Assembly: GCA_022841375.1 (NCBI GenBank)
Contig: JALHRQ010000016.1
Location: forward strand, 2,166-66,165
DNA length: 64,000 nucleotides
Source of the DNA: Burkholderiales bacterium
Lineage (GTDB): Bacteria > Pseudomonadota > Gammaproteobacteria > Burkholderiales > SG8-41
Direction: 5' to 3'
The stretch's first letter is position 1, and the number at the start of each line of letters is the position of its first letter. The notes beneath the pieces are model-generated. The model worked only from the letters and a program-made list of their open reading frames with translations. It did not search any database and was not told where the DNA came from. Below, in pieces: positions 1 to 9,008 of this stretch. The translations under genes and the position numbers were made by a program.

Positions 1-224
1 TGCTGGCCCCAGGCTGCTGCCAGTTTCTGTCCGACGGCACGCGCCAGCATGTCCGAGGTGCCGCCCGGCGTATAACCGACGATGTAGCGAATGGACCGCG
101 ACGGGTAATTGCTTGCAGCGTCCTGCGCCTGCGCTGCACTCGGCGACACGATCACCGTGCCAGCCACCAACATCGCTACAGCGGCATTATTCAAGTATTT
201 GTTTTTAATTGGTTTTTTAAACAT
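1..224 (-). CDS. Bug/TctC-family periplasmic solute-binding protein, N-terminal 74 codons (gene runs off the left edge)
   Basis: Not in the ORF track because no stop lies in the window. My translation from ATG 222-224 is MFKKPIKNKYLNNAAVAMLVAGTVIVSPSAAQAQDAASNYPSRSIRYIVGYTPGGTSDMLARAVGQKLAAAWGQ. That is a signal peptide plus the YPxRxIR.IV..PGG..D motif shared by the other Bug genes here. GGAGG (229-233) lies 4 nt upstream. Confidence 0.75.
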   Translation of the reverse strand, partial: MFKKPIKNKYLNNAAVAMLVAGTVIVSPSAAQAQDAASNYPSRSIRYIVGYTPGGTSDMLARAVGQKLAAAWGQ

Positions 225-266
225 TTTTCCTCCTGGTTACATCTACCGACGATAGCCGGCGAACCA

Positions 267-1241
267 TTAATCCACACGCGCACCCGACTCCTTCACCACG
301 CGCCCCCACTTCGCATAATCGGCACGAACCACGCGCTCGAAATCTTCAGCAGTGCCGCCGACGGCTTCAGCACCCTGTGCCTGCAGCATCTTGACCAGTT
401 CCGGTGCGCGCAGCGCCTCATTCAGTACCGCATTGATGCGGGTGGTCCGCGCTCTCGGTGTTCCAGCTGGCGCAAAAATGCCGAACCAGTTGATAACTTC
501 GTAGCCTTTCACCGTCTCAGCAATCGCCGGAATCGCCGGGAAGGCCGGTGAGCGTTTCGGGCCGGTCACACCGAGGCCGCGCAGTTTGCCCGAACGCACC
601 TGCGGCGCCAGGGGAACCGCGCTGGCGATGGTGAGGCCAATCTGCCCCGCGATCATGTCGGTGATCAACGGACCAGTGCCTTTATACGGGATGTGGTCCA
701 TGCGGATTTCGGCCATCGACTTGAACAGCTCCACCGCGAGGTGACTGGATGACCCGTTACCCGCCGATCCGTAGTTGAGCTTTCCGGGATTGGCCTTGGC
801 ATAAGCAATCAGATCCTTTACCGACTGCGCCGGTAACGCATTGCTCGAGGCCATCATCAGCGGCACCGCAACAAACTGCACGACAGGCGCAAAGTCCTTC
901 AGCGCGTCATACGATACTTTTTTGTAGAGGTGCGGATTGATCACATGCGGGATCGACGAAAACAGCAGTGTGTAACCATCGGCGTTCGCCTTGGCCGTTG
1001 TCTCGGTCGCGATCAGGCCACCGGCGCCGCCGCGATTGTCCACCACCACCTGCTGACCGAGGCGCTCCGACAGTTGTTGCGCCGACACGCGCGCGAGGAT
1101 GTCCGCGGCGCCGCCCGGCGGGAAGCCGACGATCAGGCGCACCGGCCGGTCGGGATAGGTTGAAGCCGCAATAACACCGGTCGCGGGCAAAACCGCAGCG
1201 ATGGCCGCTGCCGCGACAATGAGTGAGTAACGTTTGATCAT
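267..1241 (-). CDS. Bug/TctC-family tripartite tricarboxylate transporter substrate-binding protein
   Basis: ORF 267..1301. It has a signal peptide (MIKRYSLIVAAAAIAAVLPATGVIAA) followed by YPDRPVRLIVGFPPGGAADILAR. The start is trimmed to ATG 1241, which has GGAGA 6 nt upstream. The longer N-terminus is Arg-rich and looks non-coding. Confidence 0.85.
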   Translation of the reverse strand: MIKRYSLIVAAAAIAAVLPATGVIAASTYPDRPVRLIVGFPPGGAADILARVSAQQLSERLGQQVVVDNRGGAGGLIATETTAKANADGYTLLFSSIPHVINPHLYKKVSYDALKDFAPVVQFVAVPLMMASSNALPAQSVKDLIAYAKANPGKLNYGSAGNGSSSHLAVELFKSMAEIRMDHIPYKGTGPLITDMIAGQIGLTIASAVPLAPQVRSGKLRGLGVTGPKRSPAFPAIPAIAETVKGYEVINWFGIFAPAGTPRARTTRINAVLNEALRAPELVKMLQAQGAEAVGGTAEDFERVVRADYAKWGRVVKESGARVD

Positions 1242-1304
1242 GTGCATTCTCCAGTTCAGCCGGTTATTCCGGAACGGCTTCCGGAGCAGCAATCGTGCCA
1301 TTCA

Positions 1305-3023
1305 TCACCAGCCCAGCACATAAGCCGGCCGCCGCGGGTCGGCACCACCGTGCAGCACGCCCTGCTTGAAATCGTTGACAATGGTGCACACCGACCCGGC
1401 GAGCCAGGTCATGTCGCCCCACCAGTAAATCTTGTGCCCCATCGCCGCCAGCGCCTCGCCTGTTTTGGCATCGATGCGCGATTCCAGATACAGACGACCG
1501 GGGAAGTAGGCATGCGGCTCGAACGAGCCGGGATAGCTGTAACTGGCAAACCGCGGAGCCTCGACGGCATCCTGCACGCCCATGCCGAACACGTTGATAT
1601 TGAGGAACACCTGGATCATGGCCTGGATCTGCACATCGCCCCCGGGAGTACCGAACGGCATGTAGGCATGGCCGTTTTTCAGCGCCAGCGCCGGATTCGG
1701 CGTCAGCCGCGGGCGCTTGCCCGGCGCCACTGACGACGGATGGGAAGGATCGGCCCAGGATTGCGTGCCGCGGCCCGAGCAAAGAATACCCACGCCGGGA
1801 ATGATCGGCGTCTTGTCGGAACCGTCGGAAGGCGTCGCCGAAAAGGCATTGCCGTGGCGGTCGATGACACAAAGATAAGAGGTATCGCCCGGACCCGGCG
1901 CCTCGTCCTTCTGCGGCACCGGCATGCAGATGTTTTGCAGTGCCGTCAGCGTTTTCGGGTCGCCCGCCGGCGGCATTTCCGGCCACGCCTTGTCCAGGCG
2001 GATCAGTGATCGACGCCACGCCGAATATTTCTCCGACAGCAATCCATTCAGCGGCACTTTGACAAACTTCGGATCGCCGAAGTGATGGTGCCGGTCGGCG
2101 AAGGCCAGATTGATGGCCTCGGTCACGACGTGAATGTATTGCGGCGTGTTGTGGCCCATCGCCTTCAGGTCGTAACCCTTGAGGATGTTCAGCGCCATCG
2201 GCAATGCCGGCCCCTGTGACCACGCACCGCAGGCATGCACATCGATATTGCCGAACTTCGAGGTTACTGTCGGCTCGAAATTGACCTTGAATTTTGCAAA
2301 GTCATCGTATTGCATCAGGCCACCCTGCTGGCCGATCCATTTGGTGACGTCACGCGCAATGTCGCCCTTGTAGAACGCATCGCGCGCGGCCTGCAGCCCC
2401 GCCTTGCGGCCCTTGCGTTTGCCGCGCCGTTCTTCATCAACCATGTACTTCAGCGTGCGACCAAGGTCGGCCTGCACAAACACCTTGCCTGGCACCGGCG
2501 GTTTGCCGCCCGGCAGATACACTTTTTTGCTCGACGGCCAGCGCGAATAGTTATCGACATTGCTGCCGATGAAATCCGCCATTAACGGATACATCGGAAA
2601 ACCTTCGCTGGCAAAACGAATCGCCGCGCTGGCCACATCGCCAAAACTCATGGTGCCGAACCGCGACAGCGCGGTGATCCACGCATCCGGTGCTGCCGGC
2701 ACCACGCAGCGTTCGATACCCGGCGGAATCTTGCCGCCGTGTTTTTTCATGAAGTAATCCGGAGTAATCGCCTGCGGCCATACCCCGAGGCCGTCGATCG
2801 AATGCACCTTGCGGTCTTTCGCCGTAAAAATGATCTGGGGTGCAACCCCCCCGATATTGACCTTTTCGGTCTGCAGCACGCCGATCGCCAGACCGGCCGC
2901 AACGCCGGCGTCGATGGCATTGCCCCCTGCCTCGAGGATCTCGAATGCCGCGTGCGCGGCCAGATAATGGCCGGCGGCGACGACGTGCCGGGTGCCCATG
3001 ATGGTCATGCGTTTTGCAGTCAT
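1305..3023 (-). CDS. gamma-glutamyltransferase family protein (no signal peptide)
   Basis: 572 aa. It shows a GGT-like N-terminus (HVVAAGHYLAAHAAFEILEAGGNAIDAGVAAG) and the autoprocessing-site context GDTSYLCVIDRHGNAFSATPS. GGAGAG lies upstream of the ATG. Confidence 0.85.
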   Translation of the reverse strand: MTAKRMTIMGTRHVVAAGHYLAAHAAFEILEAGGNAIDAGVAAGLAIGVLQTEKVNIGGVAPQIIFTAKDRKVHSIDGLGVWPQAITPDYFMKKHGGKIPPGIERCVVPAAPDAWITALSRFGTMSFGDVASAAIRFASEGFPMYPLMADFIGSNVDNYSRWPSSKKVYLPGGKPPVPGKVFVQADLGRTLKYMVDEERRGKRKGRKAGLQAARDAFYKGDIARDVTKWIGQQGGLMQYDDFAKFKVNFEPTVTSKFGNIDVHACGAWSQGPALPMALNILKGYDLKAMGHNTPQYIHVVTEAINLAFADRHHHFGDPKFVKVPLNGLLSEKYSAWRRSLIRLDKAWPEMPPAGDPKTLTALQNICMPVPQKDEAPGPGDTSYLCVIDRHGNAFSATPSDGSDKTPIIPGVGILCSGRGTQSWADPSHPSSVAPGKRPRLTPNPALALKNGHAYMPFGTPGGDVQIQAMIQVFLNINVFGMGVQDAVEAPRFASYSYPGSFEPHAYFPGRLYLESRIDAKTGEALAAMGHKIYWWGDMTWLAGSVCTIVNDFKQGVLHGGADPRRPAYVLGW

Positions 3024-3225
3024 GCCTGTCTCTCCGGAAAGCAGCCGCAGACCCGCGGCATATAGACGCTGATTCTACCCCGCGCCGCCGGCGCCGCCCT
3101 GCGGATTGCCACGGATTGGACCTTGCGGAAGTGCTGCGCGACAGCCGCAGGACTTGGTAAACTGCGGGCAGATCAACTAACTGTCTGCGGCCTACCGGGC
3201 AAGCAGAGACACCGAGGAGATACCG

Positions 3226-4194
3226 ATGAAATTGAAACAATTGCGGATTGCCGCAGCCGTGGCCCTGATCGCCGCAAACTGTACGGCGCTGGCGCAAAAC
3301 TATCCTGCGCGGACGATCCGCATGGTGATTCCGTTCGCGCCCGGCGGCAATACCGACATCATCGGCCGCGTTTTCGTGCCGAAGATGGCTGAAATCATCG
3401 GTCAGCAGATCATCATCGACAACCGTGGTGGCGCCGGCAGCGTGATCGGCACCGAAATCGTGATGCGCTCGCCACCCGACGGCTACACCCTGTTGCTGGC
3501 CTCGGCCGCACACACCATCAACCCGGCGATGATCAAGAAACTGCCCTACGATTCAGTCAAGGATTTCACGCCTATCAGTGTCGTTGCCGATGTGCCGACG
3601 GCGTTTGTCATCCACCCCTCGCTGCCATCAAAAAACCTCAAGGAATTCATTGCACTGGCCAAGGCCCGCCCCAATGATATTTTCTACTCGACCGCCGGCA
3701 TCGGCACCGTGGGCCATCTCTCCGCGGAACTGCTGGTGTCCACGGCAAAAATCAAGCTGACCGGCGTGCATTACAAGGGCAGCGGCCCGTCGATGACCGA
3801 TCTCGTTGGCGGCCATATCCAGATGCAGTTTCCCAGCATGCCGGCCGCCGTGCCCTATGTCGCCTCCGGCAGAATGCGTATGATCGCGCAAACCGGCGAG
3901 AAACGCTCCCCGGCCGCACCGACGGTCCCGACCATGATCGAACAGGGCATGAAGGATTTCGTTGTATCCAGCGGCTTCTCGATGTTCGGGCCGGCCAACC
4001 TGCCCAAGCCCATCGTCGACCGCGTCCATGCCGCGCTGGTCCAGTCGCTCAAAGACCCCAAGGTCAACAAGACACTGCTCGACCAGGGCGCCGAACCCAA
4101 TGGCAATTCGCCCGAGGCACACGACAAGTTCAACCGCGCCGAAATCCAGAAATGGATCAAGGTTGCGCGCGCCGCCGGAATCGAAGCGCAGTAA
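3226..4194 (+). CDS. Bug/TctC-family substrate-binding protein
   Basis: 322 aa with a signal peptide followed by NYPARTIRMVIPFAPGGNTDIIGR. GAGGAG ribosome-binding site lies upstream. Confidence 0.88.
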   Translation: MKLKQLRIAAAVALIAANCTALAQNYPARTIRMVIPFAPGGNTDIIGRVFVPKMAEIIGQQIIIDNRGGAGSVIGTEIVMRSPPDGYTLLLASAAHTINPAMIKKLPYDSVKDFTPISVVADVPTAFVIHPSLPSKNLKEFIALAKARPNDIFYSTAGIGTVGHLSAELLVSTAKIKLTGVHYKGSGPSMTDLVGGHIQMQFPSMPAAVPYVASGRMRMIAQTGEKRSPAAPTVPTMIEQGMKDFVVSSGFSMFGPANLPKPIVDRVHAALVQSLKDPKVNKTLLDQGAEPNGNSPEAHDKFNRAEIQKWIKVARAAGIEAQ

Positions 4195-4225
4195 CGCGGC
4201 CGCAAGGCACCGCGTGCGTTAAAAT

Positions 4226-4253
4226 ACGGGGCCTTATCGCCCCGTAATTTTTT
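4226..4253 (+). terminator. Rho-independent terminator candidate after the Bug gene
   Basis: The stem ACGGGG/CCCCGT (4226-4231 / 4240-4245) encloses the loop CCTTATCG and is followed by AATTTTTT. It lies between stop 4194 and the next start at 4283. Confidence 0.6.
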
Positions 4254-4282
4254 CGTATTTTCTGACTACACCCGAGATTCCG

Positions 4283-5872
4283 ATGACCCACTTAGATTTC
4301 CAGTTTCCCTACACTTCCCAGCGCATGCCGGTATTGGCGCGCAACACCGTCGCCACCTCGCAGCCTCTCGCCGCGCAGGCCGGCCTGCGCATGCTGCTCA
4401 AGGGCGGCAATGCCGTCGACGCCATACTTGCCACGGCGATTTCGCTGACCGTGCTGGAGCCGACCAGCAACGGCATCGGCAGCGATGCCTTCTGCATACT
4501 CTGGGACGGCAAGAAACTGCATGGCCTCAATGCCTCGGGACGTTCACCGGCCGGCTGGACGCCGGATCGTTTCAAGGGCGCGCAGGCGATGCCGCAACGC
4601 GGCTGGGATGCGGTCACCGTGCCGGGCTGCGTGTCGGCATGGGCGGAAATGTCGCAGAAGTTCGGCAAGTTGCCGTTCGCCGACCTGTTCGAACCGGCAA
4701 TCAAATACGCCAGCGACGGCTATATGGTCACGCCGACCATCGCCCGCCTTTGGGCCAACCAGGTGCCGGAATTAAAAAACCAGCCCGGTTTCGCCGAAGC
4801 CTTCATGCCGCGCGGCCGCGCGCCGCTGCCCGGCGAAAAATTCTCTTTCCCGGCGCAGGCCAAGACGCTGGCGCGCATCGCCGAAACCAAAGGCGAAGCC
4901 TTCTACAAGGGCGACCTTGCCGAAAAAATCGTTGCCTGGTCCAAGCAGCACGGCGGTGCGATGACCATGGAGGACCTCGCCGCTCATACCCTGGACTGGG
5001 TGGAACCGATCGGCATTGATTACCGCGGCTACACGCTGCACGAGATTCCGCCGAATGGCCAGGGCATCGCTGCGCTGATCGCGCTGGGAATTCTGGAAAA
5101 TTTCGACGTCGCCAAACTGCCGGTCGACTCCCCGGACAGCATGCACCTGCAGATTGAAGCAATGAAGCTGGCCTTCGCCGACATCAACGAATACGTGTCC
5201 GATTCGACGACGATGCGCATCACGCCCGCTGAAATGCTCGACAAGACGTACCTGAAAAAACGCGCGCAGCTTATCGACATGAAGAAGGCACAGGCACCGG
5301 CCTTCGGCAATCCGGCAAAAGGCGGCACGGTCTACCTGACCGCGGCTGACGAGTCCGGCATGATGGTTTCGTATATCCAATCCAACTTTGCGGGATTCGG
5401 TTCCGGCGTCGTCGTTCCGGGCACCGGCATCAGCCTGCAGAACCGCGGATATGGCTTCAGCCTTAAACCCGGCCATGCCAACATCGTCGCGCCGCGCAAA
5501 CGTCCCTTCCACACCATCATCCCCGGTTTCCTGACCAAAAACGGCAAGCCGTTGATGAGTTTCGGCGTGATGGGCGGTTCGATGCAGGCACAGGGCCATA
5601 TGCAGGTGGTATCCCGCATGGTCGATTACGCACAGAACCCGCAAGCCGCCGCTGACGCGCCGCGCTGGCGCATTGATACCGGCCTGAAAGTCGGCATTGA
5701 ATACGGTGTCGCCGCCGAAACCATTGCCGAACTGCGTGCCCGCGGCCATGACATGCCGCAGGCCGACCGCTGGTCCACCGATTTCGGCCGCGCCCAGTTG
5801 ATTTACAAAATGGAAGACGGTTATTTCGCCGCGTCCGAACGCCGCACCGACGGTCAGGCTGTCGGCTACTGA
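4283..5872 (+). CDS. gamma-glutamyltransferase family protein (no obvious signal peptide)
   Basis: 529 aa. Motifs seen are [24 protein letters not shown] and [29 protein letters not shown] (Thr nucleophile context), plus PFHTIIPGF. Confidence 0.88.
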   Translation: MTHLDFQFPYTSQRMPVLARNTVATSQPLAAQAGLRMLLKGGNAVDAILATAISLTVLEPTSNGIGSDAFCILWDGKKLHGLNASGRSPAGWTPDRFKGAQAMPQRGWDAVTVPGCVSAWAEMSQKFGKLPFADLFEPAIKYASDGYMVTPTIARLWANQVPELKNQPGFAEAFMPRGRAPLPGEKFSFPAQAKTLARIAETKGEAFYKGDLAEKIVAWSKQHGGAMTMEDLAAHTLDWVEPIGIDYRGYTLHEIPPNGQGIAALIALGILENFDVAKLPVDSPDSMHLQIEAMKLAFADINEYVSDSTTMRITPAEMLDKTYLKKRAQLIDMKKAQAPAFGNPAKGGTVYLTAADESGMMVSYIQSNFAGFGSGVVVPGTGISLQNRGYGFSLKPGHANIVAPRKRPFHTIIPGFLTKNGKPLMSFGVMGGSMQAQGHMQVVSRMVDYAQNPQAAADAPRWRIDTGLKVGIEYGVAAETIAELRARGHDMPQADRWSTDFGRAQLIYKMEDGYFAASERRTDGQAVGY

Positions 5873-5886
5873 TTCTGGAACCGGCG

Positions 5887-6411
5887 ATGAAATACAGCCT
5901 CGGCGAACGCAAGGTGGTGTGCAAGGGCGATTACTGGATCGCCCCCTCGGCCACTGTCATCGGCAGCGTGGTTCTGGAAAACAACGCCAGCATCTGGTGG
6001 AACTGCGTGCTGCGCAGTGACAACGAAAACATCACCATCGGCGAGAATTCGCAGGTGCAGGACGGCTCGGTGCTGCATGCCGACCCCGGTTTCCCGCTGA
6101 CGCTGGAAAAAAACGTCAGCGTCGGCCACATGGCGATGCTGCACGGCTGCACCATTGGCGAAGGCAGTCTGGTCGGCATCGGCGCAGTCATCCTCAATGG
6201 TGCAAAGATCGGCAAGAACTGCCTGATCGGCGCCCGCGCCTTTATCGGTGAAGGCAAGGAAATCCCCGACGGCTCGATGGTGCTGGGCATGCCCGGCAAA
6301 GTTGTGCGTCCGCTTTCCGTGGAGGAAATCGCGCGCATCAACCGCATTGCCGACCATTATGTACAGAATTTCAAGCGGTTCCGCAGCGAGTTGAAGCCCG
6401 ATCCTTCTTGA
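5887..6411 (+). CDS. gamma-carbonic-anhydrase-like / hexapeptide-repeat (LbH) protein, YrdA/PaaY family
   Basis: 174 aa with left-handed beta-helix repeats ([14 protein letters not shown]..., [31 protein letters not shown]). Confidence 0.8.
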   Translation: MKYSLGERKVVCKGDYWIAPSATVIGSVVLENNASIWWNCVLRSDNENITIGENSQVQDGSVLHADPGFPLTLEKNVSVGHMAMLHGCTIGEGSLVGIGAVILNGAKIGKNCLIGARAFIGEGKEIPDGSMVLGMPGKVVRPLSVEEIARINRIADHYVQNFKRFRSELKPDPS

Positions 6412-6434
6412 AACCCAGGCTCACGGGGGTGCGC

Positions 6435-6665
6435 ATGACCGGCATGACGAAATACGGATTCCGCATCAGAACCCGCGGCGGCATGACGGTGGAAAATCTG
6501 GTGGTCCAGGCCCGCACCCGGGAAGATGCCGAGGTACGTATCCGGCAGATTTACCAGCATTGCGAGATTCTGGAATGCAGCGAGATTGCCACGGGTAATC
6601 GTGGCGATGGTGTAGACCTCGAAAGCATGATTTCCCTGATCAGCAAGCAGGACGACAAAGGCTGA
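6435..6665 (+). CDS. small hypothetical protein (76 aa)
   Basis: This is ORF 6408..6665 trimmed to ATG 6435, which has GGGGG 6 nt upstream. The sequence is MTGMTKYGFRIRTRGGMTVENLVVQARTREDAEVRIRQIYQHCEILE... I recognise no family. Codon usage looks coding. Confidence 0.4.
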   Translation: MTGMTKYGFRIRTRGGMTVENLVVQARTREDAEVRIRQIYQHCEILECSEIATGNRGDGVDLESMISLISKQDDKG

Positions 6666-6699
6666 TCGCGCGGCAGCTGTGGCCGCATACCCCCGAAAA

Positions 6700-7599
6700 C
6701 TAGGCGCCGGTACGGCGGGTATGCACCAGCTTCAAATTAAAGGCGACCTGACGCTGCACGGCGGATTCCTGCTCTGCAGCCAATGCAGTACGCGCCCCCG
6801 GCGGTGCAGTGCGCAGGGACGGACGGGTTTTGCTCGCGGCCGCAGGCATGAATCCCGCAACCACCAGTTCCTCAAGCAGCTCCGTGTAATGCTGTGCGCC
6901 GCGACTGGACGGCGCGTGGTCAAACACATCCTGATTGCTGGCCGGGCTTTCGGCGAGGCTGACGTTTTCGGCGATGCGCGTGGCGCAGACCTCGTCGCCA
7001 TAACGTTCTCGCAACTGGCGCTCAATGTCCACCGCCATGCGCCGCCGTGAATCGTAACGGGTGATCAGGTATCGACGCGGCATCCGCCGCTTCAGCACAT
7101 GCTCCAGGGCCTTGAGCGTGCGTTCCATCTGCAACGCCCCCTTTAAAGCCAGATAGTCTGCGGAGATCGGTATCAACACGCCATCTGCGGCAAATACGCT
7201 GCTCAACGACAACACGCCCAGCATCGGGCAAGAATCCATCAATACCGGACGTTCTGCAGGTTCGCGCTCCAGTGCATTGGACAACCGGCTCAAGGCTGCA
7301 GGACCTTTGCCGAACTGGGTATCGACCTTGGACAACTCGAGATGCGACGGCACCAGTTTCCAGCCGTTGCGCGTGGTACATGTCAGCGCGGACAGCGGCG
7401 CGCCATGGGCATACAAACCATACAGGCTCACCTCGGGGCGCGGTACAGCCACGCCGCAAACGGTGGTCAGATGCGCCTGCGGATCCAGGTCGATGACCAG
7501 GGGGTCATCACCACGGCGCGTGAGCAAACCCGCGAGGTTCAACGTCGTCGTTGTTTTTCCAACGCCGCCTTTCTGATTGAACACCGCGATACGCGCCAC
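6700..7599 (-). CDS. ParA/MinD-superfamily P-loop ATPase (orphan ParA-like) with C-terminal extension
   Basis: 299 aa with the deviant Walker A motif in ARIAVFNQKGGVGKTTTTLNLAG. The start is GTG with AGGAGG 4 nt upstream. No ParB-like gene is adjacent. Confidence 0.8.
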   Translation of the reverse strand: MARIAVFNQKGGVGKTTTTLNLAGLLTRRGDDPLVIDLDPQAHLTTVCGVAVPRPEVSLYGLYAHGAPLSALTCTTRNGWKLVPSHLELSKVDTQFGKGPAALSRLSNALEREPAERPVLMDSCPMLGVLSLSSVFAADGVLIPISADYLALKGALQMERTLKALEHVLKRRMPRRYLITRYDSRRRMAVDIERQLRERYGDEVCATRIAENVSLAESPASNQDVFDHAPSSRGAQHYTELLEELVVAGFMPAAASKTRPSLRTAPPGARTALAAEQESAVQRQVAFNLKLVHTRRTGA

Positions 7600-7705
7600 A
7601 CGACCTCCTGCGAATCATGTATTGGCTACAGCTGGGGGAACCGGGATTTTGCGCTGATAATCAGTGAATTGGCAACATAACTTGCTACTGCTTCTGAGAT
7701 TTCTC

Positions 7706-7735
7706 GCGCAAGTGCTTATTCAGCACTCCTTGCGC
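7706..7735. repeat. Imperfect hairpin in the ParA-proximal intergenic region
   Basis: GCGCAAG-TGCT-tattc-AGCA-ctc-CTTGCGC. It is followed by the very AT-rich run ATTATAAAAATATTTTATATAAAAC (7738-7763). Confidence 0.4.
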
Positions 7736-8101
7736 GACATTATAAAAATATTTTATATAAAACAATAGGTTATAAGCATTTGCATTTACCATGAACATCG
7801 ATATCAGCACCCACGAGCTACAGGCGAGGTTTCATCCGCAAACGCCACTTATGCAAATTACTGCAAAATCCAGGAGCACTTGGCGCGCTGCCTGCGCATC
7901 CATGACAGTGCCTGCCGATGACCGCGGCGAGCAAGACTGGGCATTCGTCGCTTGCAATGCCATGCCCAAATCTCCATTGATGAACTTGCATTGCACCTGC
8001 CCAAATTCAGCCATCACGCCCCTTGGCAATTCCCACAATGCAATAGCGACTACGGTCGAATTCGGTTATCCTGCGCACAATTAATCAGGGGGGAACTGCA
8101 A

Positions 8102-8242
8102 ATGGCGTTTTACGCATTTTATGCAATCGCGATTGTTGTGCTGATTCTCCACTTTACCGGTTGGCTGAAACGAAAAAACCTGGAGTGGGTGGTTCTGGCG
8201 CTGGCGGTTTCGGTATTCCCGGTCGTCATTTTCCTGCGCTGA
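8102..8242 (+). CDS. small membrane protein candidate (46 aa, two hydrophobic helices)
   Basis: MAFYAFYAIAIVVLILHFTGWLKRKNLEWVVLALAVSVFPVVIFLR. GGGGGA lies about 8 nt upstream of the ATG. This is the internal start of ORF 7952..8242. Confidence 0.4.
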   Translation: MAFYAFYAIAIVVLILHFTGWLKRKNLEWVVLALAVSVFPVVIFLR

Positions 8243-8260
8243 ACGGCAGGCAGACCCGCA

Positions 8261-9004
8261 CTACTTTGCCAGCAGGCTGACTCCGCTGGCCAGCAGCATC
8301 ACCGCCAGGACTCTCGCGAACGTCTCACTGTCCACCTTGTTGCCAAGACGTTCGCCGACCACAGTTCCAGCCCACATCAGGGGCAACAGCATCACGAACA
8401 GCATCAGCACCGTGCTGCCGTAAAATCCGGACCAGGCATAACCGCCGATCCGGGCGATCATCTCGAAAAACCACAACGCAGCCACCGTCGCCCGGAATCC
8501 GGCACGGGTCACCCCTCGGGCGTTGACATAAATCACCACCAGCGTCCCGCCGCCTCCGCCGAACAGCGTGTCGAAAAAGCTGCCAAAAAATCCCGCCGGC
8601 CACGCCCAGCGCGATGAACAGCGCAGCTGCGGCAACCCCATTATGCTGACCGTCAGCATGTACAGTGAATACAACACCAGAAAACCGCCGAGCATGATCA
8701 CCAGCACCCGGTTGTCGAGCACGGCGAACAGCCACAGACCGAGCACTGCCCCGATGATGGTCGGCGGCACCAGCAGCCACAACTCGGGCCAAACCACCTG
8801 TCCATGATCGCGGATCAGCAGAATCACGAACAGTACAAAAACGAGCAGGCTGCACAAGGGCACCGCGAGCTGCAACGGTATCGCGAAAGCCAGCAACGGC
8901 ACCGCAATCATGCCGGCACCGAACCCCGACATGCCGCGCACCACAAAAGCGCTGAAAATGACCAGCGCCACCCATGCAAACTGTGCGTAACTCAGATCGG
9001 CCAT
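8261..9004 (-). CDS. TauE/SafE-family (DUF81) anion exporter membrane protein
   Basis: 247 aa and polytopic. It has the typical FVVRGMSGFGAGMIAVPLL N-terminal motif and the repeat GGGGGTLVVIY. Confidence 0.8.
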   Translation of the reverse strand: MADLSYAQFAWVALVIFSAFVVRGMSGFGAGMIAVPLLAFAIPLQLAVPLCSLLVFVLFVILLIRDHGQVVWPELWLLVPPTIIGAVLGLWLFAVLDNRVLVIMLGGFLVLYSLYMLTVSIMGLPQLRCSSRWAWPAGFFGSFFDTLFGGGGGTLVVIYVNARGVTRAGFRATVAALWFFEMIARIGGYAWSGFYGSTVLMLFVMLLPLMWAGTVVGERLGNKVDSETFARVLAVMLLASGVSLLAK

Positions 9005-9008
9005 TTTT

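Noticed and set aside
1264-3513. ORFs 1264..2223 (-, 319 aa) and 2551..3513 (-, 320 aa), which overlap the GGT gene in other frames
   Set aside because: They are alternative-frame products of the same strand, with Arg/Gly/Ala-rich junk sequence. The 572-aa frame carries the GGT motifs.
7791-8084. 97-aa ORF in the low-GC island (MNIDISTHELQARFHPQTPLMQ...)
   Set aside because: The composition is odd (Cys/His/Thr/Asn-rich, no hydrophobic core pattern). There is no SD, and it overlaps the direct-repeat array. I kept it as non-coding until homology says otherwise.
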